A DNA stretch of 64,000 nt from Callorhinchus milii (lineage: Eukaryota): positions 10,974,001 through 11,038,000 of the forward strand of contig NW_024704748.1 in NCBI RefSeq assembly GCF_018977255.1. The letters are read 5' to 3'. Within the stretch, counting starts at the first letter, position 1. The number at the start of each line of letters is the position of its first letter. Below the pieces are notes generated by a model. It did no database searches, was not told the DNA's origin, and saw only the letters and a list, made by a program, of their open reading frames with translations. Positions 50,301 to 64,000 of this stretch are shown here, piece by piece. The translations under genes and the position numbers were made by a program.

Positions 50301-51233
50301 ATTGTTGCAAAACAAATTATTAATGCTTTCTTTAACAGAAATTGGGTGGCTAACTCGAGTGGGGGGAGGGGGAGGGAATGAGGGTACGGAATGGGACACT
50401 AGCGCAGGCCCGAAGAGTCTGGAGATCTGCCAAAAACAGCATTGCTCGCCAAGCTCACCAATGTCCTGACTGCGGGGCTACAGGAGATCACGCCCTCGCG
50501 CATGGGGTACAAGAGCTCTTACAACAACAACTTATATTTTATAGCATTTTTCACGTCAGGGGGACATCTTAAAGTGACATCTTAAAAAGCTGACAGGGAA
50601 CCAAGCTGGTGCAGGGTTTGGGGGGATGGGGAAGCTGATGCATGGTTGAAAGAACAGTTGAAGCTGCTTTGTGTTATCACCCTGTCATTTGGGATTTGTT
50701 TCTGCTGGTATTTGATCACATGCTATAAAAACCATTTACATTCTGTTTCTTTTTACATGTGCAATAAGTATATTGGATCTAATCCAAGGCCAAATAATGT
50801 GTTAATTCAATAGTTTTTCATTAATTAGATTCCAGACACATACAAACTACCGTGAGGAAAAGCCAGGAGTTTAAGCTCGAATGTAATCAAATGTGTCTAC
50901 AATTAAACATTATGTAAATGGAAAGTACAGTGTCACCTAACATTAAGCACTTAGCCAACTGGAATGAGCTTTGCTGATACAACAATTGGAGGACAAGGTT
51001 ATTTATGCCAGCAGATTATTCTGACTTCACAAACAATTACACTTAAAAAAAATCTAGCTCATGTGAGAGGAATAAAGTGTAGAAGAATAATGATCATGAG
51101 TACAAAGCTGTCCATTCAGAGAAGCATTTGGGAAACCGAGATGATGTGAGGGTCTCAAATGTCTCTCCAATCTAGAAGTGATCAGACTTGTGACTTCTGT
51201 GATTTGGTGGGAGGAGAGCAACGTGTGCTTGGG

Positions 51234-51800
51234 AACAATAACAACAAGAAGATTACATTTGTATAGCGCCTTTCACATTGGGAGGACGTCCCAAGGTGCT
51301 GGACAGTGTACAGCAGTTCAGACCCGAGCTGGGGTCAGGGGGGAGAAGGGAGGGGAGGGGAAGGGGGGTGACCGATGACATGGTCGAAGAGGAGGGTTCT
51401 GAAGTGGGACTTGAAGGAGGCTAAGGAGAGGGCAAGTCAGAGTGATTGGGGGATGGAATTCCAGAGGTTGGGAGCAGAGTGGCTGAAGGCTCTCCCGCCA
51501 ATGGTGGGATGGGTGGGTCGTGGGACGTAAAGCAGGCTGGAGCCGGCTGAACGGAGGGAATGGGCGGGTTGGTAGGGGGTAAGAAGGTCACAGAGATAGG
51601 GTGGGGCGAGACCATTGAGGGCTTTGTAGGTGAGGACCAGGATTTTGAACTGGATCCTCTGAAGGACAGGGAGCCAATGGAGTCGGGCGAGAGTGGGGGA
51701 GATGAGGTCACAGAGGTTGGTGCGGGAGAGGACATGGGCTGCAGAGTTCTGAATTATGTGCAGCCTGTGGAGGGAGGAGTTGGGAAGGCTGACAAGCAGG
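51234..51800 (-). mobile_element. L2 LINE 3' region
   Basis: Homologous to the 13618-14409 L2; (caa)n tail on the plus strand. Confidence 0.85.
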
Positions 51801-52044
51801 ACCGTTTGCAGAGTACCACACCAATGTCACAGTTCACAAGTGAAACTTTTCATGGCATTTTTCACATGTTACAGAAAACTGTGCAGAACGTTTTTCTGAA
51901 CGCAGGTCAGGTTCCTATGTGCTAAAGGAGAAGCATCTATTTCAAGAAAGGATGTTGGGAAACACCCTATTTGTACCACAGTGCTTGATCCATGTGGATC
52001 CTGAACAATTCTAGTTTCACGTGGAATCCGCACCATGGTCAGTC

Positions 52045-52367
52045 TAATAATAATAATAATAATGATAATCCTTGCATTTGATATAGCGCTTTTCACGTCA
52101 GGAGGATGTCCCAAAGCGCTACACAGAACACACTGTAAAGTGAATTGACTGTATATTTGTGGACGAACGCGGCAGCCAATTACGCACAGCAATGTCCCAC
52201 AAACAGTCGTAGATTGAAAATGACCAATTTTTATTATTGCTTTTGGAGGGATTATTATTACGCATGTGGAGTAAGGAAACTTGCCCAAGGTTTCGCCCTG
52301 CCTGGAATTGAACTCAGGTCTCTCGCTTGCAAAGCGAGTGCTCTAACCACTGAGCTACAGGACTCCA
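52045..52367 (-). mobile_element. Full-length tRNA-derived SINE
   Basis: tggagtcctgtagctcagtggttagagcactcgctttgcaagcgag...gagttcaattcc head; (ATT)n tail. Confidence 0.9.
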
Positions 52368-55300
52368 CATTATTTGTCTGCATTATTTCTAATGTTGGTT
52401 ATAAACCAAACAGTGCTAAAGCTCTTGGCATGCTCTGGTTTATCATTCCCAGTATCAAAAGGGCATTAGGTCTCACTTCTACTCTGCAATAACACAACTC
52501 ACTAGTCAAACACACTGCCAACTTTTCATTTCATTGCTGCTCAATGAATGCACAAGCACACTTGTAAAGAGTGGTCATCCCACTGGATTTCAAAATGCAA
52601 ACTGCACTAGTTAGTCTGCTATAAATCAGCTCACCTACTGGGAGCATATTTGCTGTAAAATATTAACAATTATGAATGCATACTCCATAGAATTTCAACT
52701 ATATACCCAAGAGTGAATAAGTAAAAATATAGAACAATTAGCCATATCATTTCTCATTGTGTACATTTACTTGTTAGGGTCAATTAACACATCTAAAATG
52801 TCAAGAAAGCAAATGTTTCCAGCTCTGGCCCTGCCGTTCATCATTTTGCTCTCTTGTAAAGAAGTTACTGCAGCATATTTACTGAAAAAGTTCATCAACA
52901 ATTTTTATTAGTTGCTTAATCATTATTAATCATTATTCAACAACCCCCAAAAATAGATATGATGAAACACCTTTGTGCATAATTAAGATAATAATGTTTA
53001 TGTCGCAAATGTAATGCTTGAAATTGAAGTGTTTGGTTGTGGGATATGAAACAGGTAGAAAATGAATCCAAATAAAATTGGATTGATATCAGGTGATTGA
53101 TAATTCTGATCAATTAGACATAAGAATTATTAGTCATCTTGAAAGTGCAATAATCATTGACTGTCTAAATATCTTGAGACAATATCAAGGTAATTAATAA
53201 AATGCAGTAGTCAGCAATGAGATAAAATACTAAATACTTGTGATGTCAGTGCTTTCTGAAATTGAATAAGATCTCACAGTCCTTGTGCAATGTGTGCAGA
53301 GTACACACCTGAATCACAAACTCTTAACGCACTGCACTAAAATATCTTTCACTGAACAAATCAGAATTAATTCAAAGTTAATATCCTTGCTGAAATCTTC
53401 TCCACAGTCTAGCACCATACAGATTTTACTCGGCCTCTTAAGATTGACAGGATTTTCAACATTTGTTCTGCAATGACTTAAACAATCTGCTTAGAAATAA
53501 CCTTAAATGCGCCCTCCAGAATTTCGAGCAGGTCATCTAACTGTAGACTTTGTAACGGGACCTGGCGTACATTCCCACATGGAATAGAAATCATTGAGGC
53601 TGTGGCATTTTGATGGTAATCAGCTGCAGCATTTACATTTAGAAACTTCTCATCTATTTAATTATACCCAACTCCCTCACAACACTTTTCCATAAAACAT
53701 CTGTATTTACTGTAATGTTAACATGGATTAATTCGCACAATGATACACAATACGGTATATTGATTATTATAGGGCTTAATTAAACAGAATAGGATGGGGG
53801 TTATCCATCTAACACAAGCAAGGACAAGAGAGTGTATGAATAATGAGCCCTTTTAATTTAAACCAGAAAACAGGATAATTGAGTCTCTGGGCAAAACCTA
53901 TGTGTCAAACGAAGATTTTTAGGCGATTTCTAAATCTCATTAGAACCATCTGGATCCATTGATCATCACTTCCTTGAAGCACTGCATCGTTAACTGACAA
54001 TAACAGCCCCTCCTTGTTTAAATCTCATTAACCCCACAAGATCAGATGATGTGACTTTCGTAAGCAGCCATTACGTTGTTTGGTGATGAATATTGCTCTG
54101 GTAATAAAGTAATCAGCATATCCCTCGGGTAAATCAGAAATCTGAACTATAATTACCATCCAGAAGGCTTAGTGCTTTTAAATACTCTGCTTTCACTAGG
54201 AGAATCATTCAATTCTGATTTGTTCAGCCCAATTGATTTTGATTCCCCACCAATGTTTACGCTCGCCTTTGCCCTGACCCTGTGCATGCACTTAAGAATA
54301 TTGAATTGCCTGCCCACATCTTACACTGATATACAAAGAAGGATGGGGGAAATCTCACCAGTTAAATGACTTAATTGGGGAGTATTTATACAAGGCTGAT
54401 TTGGAAGCAGCCAGATTTGGAGCCAGTATCATTGGGAGAGTTTCACCCAATAGGGGAAATAAATTCATACCACATTTTGTGTTCGCTTTTACTTGTCTGC
54501 AGGTGTAACATGAGTGCAAGCAAATCAGTGTAAGTGAACTGCAAAGCTCTTGTTACTTTGCCCTGGGAATGTGTCAACCACCAAACAGATTAAGAGCTCC
54601 ACTTCTCAGCCCAGTCATCCATGAAACCAGTTGTACTGTATTACCCATATGTGCTTAATTGTGAGCAGCTCTGTATCCAATAAGAAATTGCTTGAGATTA
54701 ACCAACTTATTCCATGTGGGAGAGGGAGAGCGTGCACAAGAGGGAGAGACAGTGCTAGAGGGCAGATAAAATTTGGATCTGAGCTCGGATGCCAGATGTG
54801 AAAGGATAACAGTCTAACCTTCCAGTCTACCGTCCTCCATTTTTATCAATGCAGATAGTGCTTCACTGGCTAAACATTTAAGTGATCATCTCTATGATTC
54901 TGAAGAGATTGGTTACAATTTACACAGCTTCATTCCAAAGTGAATTCTATGCGTATCTCAGTCCGACACAATTAGAAAGCAAAAGCAGTAGGAAAATCGT
55001 CAACTAATTTTAAAAAAACTTTGAATCAAAGTGAGAATATCTTTACGCTAATGCATTGTTATGTCAACGATTCTTTTCCGCTTGCAAGTGAGGTACTTCC
55101 CACACTTTGGTAAGGATACCAAGAGGAAACACTGTCTGTTCACTGCACAGGAATTGAGGTGACAGCTTCTTGAATGCACACTAAAGTGCACAAACAGAGC
55201 AGTTCTTTCCAGTTACCAACAAAACATAGTTTTAAAAGAAAATCAGGTTTGCACTTCCAATTTTGTGGAGAAAGAAACAGAAGACCACTGAACTGGAAGT

Positions 55301-55766
55301 CTCAACACCGGCTTGTCACCAAACAATGTCATCTTGTCCTTCGGAGGTCAGTATACCAACAATATTTCAGCACAAGCCCTGTCATTAAAATCCAATGTGA
55401 TAAGAGCATCTAGTTCGATAATGTCTCCCAAGATATGAAGACCCCATAGGATTAGATGCATTGGGCTTTACAATTATAGGAACATTAACTAAAATGAGAT
55501 GCATCAAATCCAGGGCTTATAACATTTTACTAATCTCATGAAAAATACTTTCCTTGTGATTTATTCAAATAGCAAAGCATACTGTAATTCGTACTCCTGC
55601 AACAAGCTTTCTATATTCACAAATGAAATCAGCATTCTCCTTGAATCTACGTCCAATTTATTTGGAATCATTCAGAGTTTTTGTTACTGTACCTCATTCA
55701 TTGTTTAATTGCAGAGCTGGAAATAAGGATTTAACCACAGAAAGCATTTGGTTAGTATATTACTTA

Positions 55767-55877
<111 letters not shown>

Positions 55878-56454
55878 CTACAATGGAAACAAATAAAGAA
55901 TATTGAAGAATCTGTGACCAAAACAAAATTCTTGATTTTATTTATTTGACCACTTTCACCATGTCTTAAGCCTGTGTTGTAATGCAGCCCAGAATAATGT
56001 CAATATAACCAAACCATCTCGTTATCCTTTGAAGTGAAATGAAGTATTGGCCCTTTTTCTGCACAAATTTGCAATCTTGCCCAGAAAAGCCATATGAAAC
56101 CTGGAGCAGTTGGGGGCTAGGGGGGGCTTGTATCTTCTCAGGATTAGCTTTAACCTGCATTTAAACAGAGTAATTTTTAATATAATATCCTGGGATTGCT
56201 CATTGTTTCGGTCAGATGGTTTCACATGTTTTCAGAGTATCCAAACCAGACTGAGAGTTCCACATAGATATACCATCTACACATGGAAATTTCCCTGTAT
56301 CTGGAATGGAATGCGCACTCTCTCCCTGGAGAAATGAACCCTACATACCTACTTCCAGAGAGGATCAAACAAATTAGCAAGAGCCAAGACTTCAGGACCC
56401 CAGACTATGCGTTGCCCTATTGCTGGAGTTTCATCAATTAAACCAAATGAGTTA

Positions 56455-56605
56455 CAACAACAAGTTGCATTTATATAGCGTCCTTCACGCAGGGTATAGC
56501 ATCCCGGAGCGTTTAACAGTGGTGGAACCTGACCCCGAGCCAGGCAGACAATGAGGGAGGAGGTGACCGTAAGGACAATCGAAAAGGAAGGTCTTTAGGT
56601 GGAAC
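56455..56605 (-). mobile_element. L2 3' tail
   Basis: acaacaacaagttgcatttatatagcg. Confidence 0.65.
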
Positions 56606-56844
56606 TTTAGTTAGCATTCAGAGCACTGTCTGGCAAATTTCCCTCTGCTTGGCCGCTTGTGACCACCTATCCTTTAGGCTTGCAGAACGAAAAATCTCTG
56701 TTCCCTTCATATCCTGTTAAAGCTGCGAAACTCCTGCCCCCTGACCTATAGTTTGATCTTAAAGATTTTGTACAAGACCACAGCTAAACGTGGGCCTTGG
56801 CCATGTTTCATCACACGCAACTGTTGCAGGCTCGGAGACATTAT

Positions 56845-56905
56845 TCAGGGCTCCATGACGTTTTCCGATGTGAAGGACTCTATATAAATGCAAGTTGTTG
56901 TTGCT
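56845..56905 (+). mobile_element. L2 3' tail
   Basis: tgtgaaggactctatataaatgcaagttgttgttg. Confidence 0.6.
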
Positions 56906-57442
56906 GTCTTCAGCCCAACCGTGTATCTGTATGAGCACATTCTCCTAAATTAACAATATGTTCATTTTGAACAATGGCTGCTGATGCCTCTCAGCCTGAC
57001 TAATTGGTACTTTTGTATTTTGTGCTTGTGATTAGCCTATAGGTTATGCATCACTTCTCATTATTCTATAAGAGCAGAAATGGATGAGGCAGAGAAAATT
57101 ACACCACTTATCAAAGACAGCCTCAAAAGAAGAAACTACCACCAAGAATATTATATTGTTCATCCGACGAAAATTGGGATATTTTTCATCCAGCGTTTGC
57201 AGCACCTCAACTCCGCACCATGCCTCCTAACTGCGAGAACTAAAACTACCATACAAGGTCTCGCAGGCTTGAACCTTTAGTACTGGAATCTGATATTCCA
57301 AAGCACTCGGCTCTTAATCCCATTCTAGTAGAATCCTCCAGGGATGATTTTTCTCGAGTGAAGGAGGAAGCTGAGAGAGCAGACATGAATAAATTGGAGA
57401 AACAAAATGAAATGTGGGTATATTCCACACATTGACAACACA

Positions 57443-57743
57443 TGGAGTCCTGTAGCTCAGTGGTTAGAGCACTCGTTCTGGGTTCAATTCCCGGCAGGGT
57501 GAAACCTTGGGCAAATTCCCTTACTCCACATGCCTGATAATAATCCCTCAAAAAAAAATTGTATAAATTGGTCACTTCAATCCACGACTGTTTGTGGGAC
57601 AGTGCTGTGCACAATTGGCTGCCGGGTTTCGCCCACAAATCATGCAGTCAATTCACTTTACAGTAAATTCTGTGAAGCGCTTTGAGACGTCTAGGAAACA
57701 TGAAAAGTGCTATATCAAAACGCAAGGATTATTATTATTATTA
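57443..57743 (+). mobile_element. Full-length tRNA-derived SINE with a small deletion in the head
   Basis: tggagtcctgtagctcagtggttagagc...gggttcaattcc; Deu-like core; (ATT)n tail. Confidence 0.9.
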
Positions 57744-58829
57744 CTTTTTTTTAGATGCCTCGGAGTTCAAGCAATAAGGAAAAAGGATGTTGGCGTGCAA
57801 GTGCTCTGTTCTCAACTCACTGCGAATGTGTATTGCCAGGACACGGAGGCAGTGGGTTAAGGGATTTCTTAACCTCTGGAATATTGCCTCTGCCTCCTCA
57901 TGAACTTCCCTCAGATAGACCTGTGATCAGTTCCCTTTTTACACATGCGGAATGGGAACAAGGGAAGATAAGAAGAAGGGGGAAAAAAGCTGATGACCCA
58001 GTACAGCATGGTGCCTCAAGCCAGTGAAGCAATGAAATGTACTGCCAGGTTATTTACATGGTTCCATAAAGAGAATTAAGTTAACATTTGTGTCTGCCAG
58101 TTAACTTAGGAAAAGAAAAGATTTAGAAAGCTCTCTAATGTGATTATTCTTTTATAATGCCTAAAAGTATCACTCACTCTATTCCAAAAATGTCAGCATG
58201 AGCAGAGTCAAGGTAACAGGACGGCTGAGCCATTCAGCATTACACACGGCTTGCTAGTCCCAACACTCTAAATGCTCTCAGAGCTGTTTTTAAGCAGCAG
58301 TATAACTGTTCAGTAGAAACCTTTCAGAATGAAATGTTGCTTGTCACGACAAAATTCCACTGTCAGGAGCCGTTGATCGATGAAGTATGAGAGACAGCAG
58401 ACAGAGCTGGATCAACATTTGCTGAGCCAGGACAATCTGTTACACAAGGCAGCTTAAAGCTGCAGTGCCCCCTATCATTTCTTTTCCATTCAATTCTAAA
58501 ACAATTCCCACAGATTTATTGCCAGTGTATTGCAGGATAGTGCAGCTACCCTACAAAATCATACAACGAGCTGTTCAACTCAATTGTATTGTTAGTGAGA
58601 TGGTGGGTGGTGGGGGGGGGGGGGGGAGGGGGCAACAGGGTGAGTGGGGAGGAGGAGAAAAGGTTGAGAAAATGTTGATCCGAAGAAAGACACTTTCCCT
58701 CATTGTGCTGTCTATCCAAACATTGCACTCTTTTCACTGTCTTTAATATTGGGATCAGTGTATGATTGATGGGCACGTTTCCTTTTGATCTTGCACAAAG
58801 ATCTTTGCCTCCTGCCTGCCTTTGAATTC

Positions 58830-59345
58830 AGAGTCTACATTAACACTCCAATATAGCGCTGTATTGTTGGAGGTGCCATCCTTCAGCTGAGGCCCTGTCT
58901 GTGCCTGCTCAAGTCAGAATACATTAGAATATACAGCACAGAAACAGGCCATTCGGCCCAACTGGTCTATGCCGGTGTTTATGCTCCACATGAGCCTCTT
59001 CCTGCCCTTCCTCAACTAAGCCTTCAAGAATAACCTTCTATTCCTTTCTCCATCATGTACTTATCTAGTTTTCTCTTAAATACATCTATGCAAGTTGATG
59101 TTAAAGATCCTGCGTCACGAGTTGAAAAGTTTTGTTTCTTCCGGTGCGCTTGACAACAATTCTCCAGATAATATGGGTCATTTCACTTCCTGGCTGTTTA
59201 TAGGATGTTGCTGTGAACAAACTGGTTGCCATGTTCGCCTACAAAACACAGTCCCTACACTTTACAGTAAAATCCTGTGAAGAGCTCTCAGACATTTTGA
59301 CAATGTGATAAGGCGTTATATCAAATGCAAGGATTATAGTTATCA
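58830..59345 (+). mobile_element. Deu-domain SINE interrupted by an antisense CR1-like 3' end (~58925-59090)
   Basis: ggaggtgccatccttc...ctgctcaag | acagaaacaggccattcggcccaac... | gttgatgttaaagatcc...atcaaatgcaagg. Confidence 0.65.
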
Positions 59346-60734
59346 TAGTGGCCACTCCAGGGTAATATTGTTTATGGAGTAATTCTGGAACTGACCAAGT
59401 CCAAAATATCAACCAAAAAAGCAAGGAGAAAAACAAATTTCAAAGTGGCTTAATTGTGAAAAGTGCTGCAATTCAGTAGAGACACGTTAAAACGTCTGAG
59501 ATAATAACCTTCAATAAAGTGTCCAATATATTCACATGAGTTAACAATACTTGGTGAGAATTCAGATCTGTACTATCTGCTTGTAATAATTTCATAATGT
59601 TACTCCATACTAAGCACATTGTAACAACAGATTCTGTATATCTCATTATCAGTGGAGGCTTCTACTGCTTTATATCTTTGGGTCAAGAAAGCTCATAAAA
59701 AATCAGTGCGATCATTAGAACTGCATTTCTCAACAACTTCAAAAGTCATAATCCTGCAATGAGTTTTAAAAAAAATTTTGAGAGCCTCGTTTTTTAAGCT
59801 CTTGTGAGTTGTTAAAAAACATCGATGTATCTTTCTCCGAGAAAGAGAACTGTGTTGTTAAAACCACAGTTAAATAATGTTAACTGGAGGATAATATTAA
59901 ATAACATTTCCAGAACAAGGTCACAGCTGAAATGCTCACTGTTAATGACTGAAATGAGTAATTTTGATGAAATAATTATCATGAATGTGTTTTAAATTGT
60001 CGCTCGTGGTCCCTGCAGGTGACTGATTGTATCTCAGCTCACCGTCTGAGTCATTTCTGTCACCTCACCTCCCACAGCGACAGCTTCTCATTAGTACGTC
60101 ATCTCACAGGCGTCCTCCTCCACCTAACACCAGAGATGAAGCCTGTGAAAAATTGTGAGCCATAAGCGCTCGCTATGAGATTAATTCAACCTTCCAATCC
60201 AGTCATAAAAATTAAGACTTAAGAGTGCTGACAGTTCATGACTGCTTTCAAAACACATTTTTTTTAATGCCATCTATTTTTTTCATGTGCTATTTCTGAT
60301 GAATGTGTTTAACCATTTCACTAGAATATTTGTGTTGCTTTTACACTGCGGCTCCTGAGACTCAAAATGTAGCACCAAACTGATGGCTTTCCTGCATCCC
60401 GTAAAGTTGCCATTTCTCCATTACGTTTTCCGAGGTCACCTGCAGCGACTGATGTTCAGGCCACGCAAAAATGTCCTAACATTTATCACATTAAGTTGAC
60501 AGATGAAGGCAGAACTTCACACATGCACAAAACACTGTTATAAATATATTTTGTGTTATTCACTTCCCAAATAATGGCTATGAAGGCCAGGAGATGCCTC
60601 TGAACATCAGGCGACTTTGGTCGATGGGCTCTTCCATGGTTCAGTGACAGCCATTTCAGCAGTGGGGATCTCAAAGTACATTTCTCATAATGATTTGTGC
60701 CCACGCTAAAGCCTGATGGCTTACAAATTTACAT

Positions 60735-61085
60735 TTATACAGAACCTTTCCTATCAGAAGGACTCCCAAGGTTTGGCACCCGAGTTGGGAGTGGGAGCTA
60801 AGTGGGGTGGGGAAGAGATAGAAGACTGAAAGCACTGTCAAAGTGGTAGGTCCTGAGATGGACCTTGAACAATATGAGGGAGAGAGCAAGTCGGAGGGAC
60901 TCCAGGATGGTTGTCAGAGAATGTGAGCAGATAGGCTCATGGCCTGCCTTCTGATAGTGGGAGTGGGGGGAGAGTTAGGGTGGTGTTGTTAGGATATTTA
61001 TGCAGGTGTGTAAAATCAATGGGTTTGGTTGATCTGGTATCATGGTTTTGTATGGAGACAATGGGAGATCCAACTCCAAGTAGGA
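60735..61085 (-). mobile_element. Degenerate L2 3' region
   Basis: acatttatacagaacctttc...ggactcccaagg tail and G-rich 3'UTR like other L2 copies. Confidence 0.55.
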
Positions 61086-63869
61086 TGTTGTGAGATTCGG
61101 CACTGGGAAAACTAGACATTTTATATTATGGCTTGGGAAGCAAACTTGAAATGCAAAAGTTCAGCATGACTCTAAGCCAATGATGACAGATGTATGTTCA
61201 AGGGGCAATGTGATTTGATTGAACTTTTAGTCTGAACTTTTGTTTTGGCCATTTTGTCCACGCAATGATGGGGCAGTCCACCTGCTCTTTCGCTCACAAG
61301 AAAGATAAGTCACTTGTTTTCACAAGTAGGAGCAGTCCTGTTTCCCTTTATTGGCACCACATCCCATATATAGTTAAAAAGCCTGTCAGAACTGCAGTTA
61401 AACAGCCACGATCGTAGAAGCTAAAACGATTGAGAAAGTTAATCCATGGAAATACTTTCGGGTACAATAAGGGGCAGGAAGTCACAGCTTTCAGGGTGTA
61501 AAGCATAATTATAAGTCACAGACAAAGGTTGGGATACAGTTGAAGCAAGTTGCTAAGTATTACAAAAAAGCAAGGACACAAGACTTACTTAAAAAACAGC
61601 GTAGCTTCGGAATATAATTCTGTCAGATTGTGACACAGATCTGTCTAATAGATAATCAGATATTGAAAAGTTAATCATTACCTCTGTTTTGGGTTAAAGT
61701 TAATCCATCTTTGTGATACACTGAAATTGTGTTGAACACTTGGGTACAGTAGAAAAAAGAACAGGGCAAAAAGGCCTGTGAATCATTAAAAACTCCTTCC
61801 AATACTGGGAATAATCGCTCTGCAGCAATCTAGCCAAAAGTTATTTAAAACCACATCTGAAAAGCTGAATTACATGCTGAATGCCACAGGCAACTTACTG
61901 CCATGCTTGTTTTGAAAACAGACCCTAGAGACGACCAGAAATCCTTCAAACTGAAACATTTGAAAGAAAACTAGCTTTACAGACTTGCACTCCAATAAAC
62001 GTTTACACGATTGAGCAACAGTTGAGAAAGCAATCGGGATATAAAAGACCCACTTTGAACACAGTCCTAATTTTGTGCTCTCTTTCTTCAAACTGGGTGA
62101 CTGGAGTTTACTGCACTAAAGCAAAAGGAGAGATGAGAATTGATGTATGTGTGCCTTTGTAAAATCGTGGGTTAAAAAATAGGAAACCACATGCAGGGAG
62201 AACTACTGCCAGGGGGGGAAATTGCAGTAATTCAGGAAAAGGTCCCAAATTAGCTGTAATTTATGATGTTGATTTTTGAGGTTGTAACCGAGGCATTCAG
62301 AATCACTAAATCAATCTGTGAGATGAAAAGGGACCAAAGCCAGAATGAGTGGAGGCAGTCAAAGGCAAAAAAAGTGTACCTCAATTAAAAGTACAGTACA
62401 ATGAGAGTTCCCACAATGAACCAAAGCAAAGCACCTCTGGCAGAGAGTACTCAAGAATTCTCCTCAGACTTAGTAGATTTATGTGCAAATTATTATGCTT
62501 CAGAAAATGTATCGCTTGAACAAAGTCCAAATATATCGCAATTTTTAATAATTTCCAGGTGGTTTGGTTAAAGTTAACGGATGAGAGTATTAAAACTTTT
62601 TTAAAATAAAAAAACTTCTTTTTAATTTGAGCTTTATACTTAAAGCCTGGATATTATGGAAATCAATTTTTTTAATTATAAAATAGAAAAGATTTGAACA
62701 AGAACAGGTAATGTAGTGATTTGTCAAAGTGTTTCTGGCACTTTATCAACTCCGCATTTAATATGCACCATTTATTTTCAGCCTTAATTTTGAAAGATGA
62801 AATCAGCACTTGGATTCCAAAATGCTCCATAAACTCCCTTCACACCAAATTCTTGAGTGACAACACAGACCAAGTGATTGATCATTTTCAGGTTTTCTTA
62901 ACCCTCGAATGAGATTTTGATTAAAACAAATCATTTTTCATCAACGGATCACCAGGTGATTAGTTATTTCAGTGGAACGTGAATAAACAAACAACAGCTG
63001 TCATTAATAAAGATGGTGGATGGGATCCAACTTTTTAATTCCCAGACAGGTTCAGTACTCCTGCAGCCAATAGAGGAAGTTTTATTATTCCCCTAATCCC
63101 TAAAAGCTTTGGCCTGCAGAACTACTCTGTTAAAAGCCATGGCCCTGGAGATTTGACTGGCGAATGAAAGCCACGCAACAACAGTAAATTATCCAGTACA
63201 CTTTGGAAAAAAAGCTAACGTCTTTTCTTAACTTGGTGACAAGTATGATATATGTATGTTTTGAAATGATGTGAAGCCTTACCTAAACTAATTACTTCAT
63301 TCATGTTAACAAAGCATTCCTCAGAGTCTGATAATTAACCAATTCATGCTCAATACTCTGCAATGTAGATCCTAAGAAAAAATTCCCACCCTTATGGATG
63401 TATAAATATAGAACACTTGAGATTTTAAGAGATTACGTATTGCATCATAGCCTAGATTACCATGTCCATGTCCAACATAACAACATTCATCCTTTCATAA
63501 TATATACTGATTTGGATGTTTCAATAACCATCACCGCATTGAAGAAAGATGAATCCTGGCACAGAAGATCTGTCTAATTGTGTAATTTGCTAACAATGGA
63601 CAAAAAAATCAATCCCTAAAATCTAGCCCAAAACAAAGATCCAGCGATAAAGTGGCTTCCTTCCTGTAGCTCCTCCCCTGTATCTTGGAAAAGAGGCAGT
63701 TCATTGATCAGCAAGTGCTGATCACTAACTCTGTTAAAGTACCCAGACACATGGTAATGTGTATGTTCAGTCCACAACTCATAAGAAGTCTATTGTCACA
63801 TGATATAAGGCTATCAGGGCATCTCTGCACCACTATTAACAAGTTTAGTTGCAGCAATATAATAGATAT

Positions 63870-64000
63870 ATATTGCGTCTTTCACATGGGAGGATGTCCC
63901 AAACCACTTGACAGTTCTGACTGGTCACCAGAGCTGAGGGGGGTGAGGAGGGGAAAGGTGATCAAAAGTTTGTCACAAGAGTTAGTTTCAGGCACACCTT
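63870..64000 (-). mobile_element. L2 3' tail, runs off the window edge
   Basis: gcgtctttcacatgggaggatgtcccaaa. Confidence 0.6.

Noticed and set aside
52290-52367. tRNA-like cloverleaf with A/B boxes (apparent TGC anticodon); similar heads at 22140-22209 and 57443-57500
   Set aside because: Continuous with a SINE body and tail, and the anticodon loop differs between copies, so these are SINE heads rather than tRNA genes

Overview
Eukaryotic (vertebrate) genomic DNA. The repeat content (L2 and CR1 LINEs, tRNA/Deu-domain SINEs, a Penelope-type element) suggests a cartilaginous fish; this is inference. The whole window lies inside one minus-strand gene, KCNMA1 (Slo1/BK Ca2+-activated K+ channel alpha subunit). 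Eight constitutive exons, covering the RCK1 C-terminal part, the RCK1-RCK2 linker and the RCK2 N-terminal part, were read with canonical AG/GT boundaries and consistent phases between 55877 and 7025. The flanking exons were not found and presumably lie outside the window. The most interesting biology is alternative splicing. Splice site 1 carries a 12-nt SGKR microexon and a candidate 20-nt stop-containing poison microexon behind a ~139-nt AG-exclusion zone. Splice site 2 (25-kb intron, 17416-42144) carries an array of phase-1 cassettes: a 9-nt IYF exon, 174-nt STREX, a 33-nt exon, a 288-nt exon and a +6-nt tandem acceptor, plus four further candidates. This STREX has CAC instead of the mammalian CSC hypoxia motif, and an extra Cys that creates a CxxCxxCxxxC spacing. 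Most ORFs in the supplied track are spurious or retroelement-derived. I see no prokaryotic-type system (CRISPR, operon).
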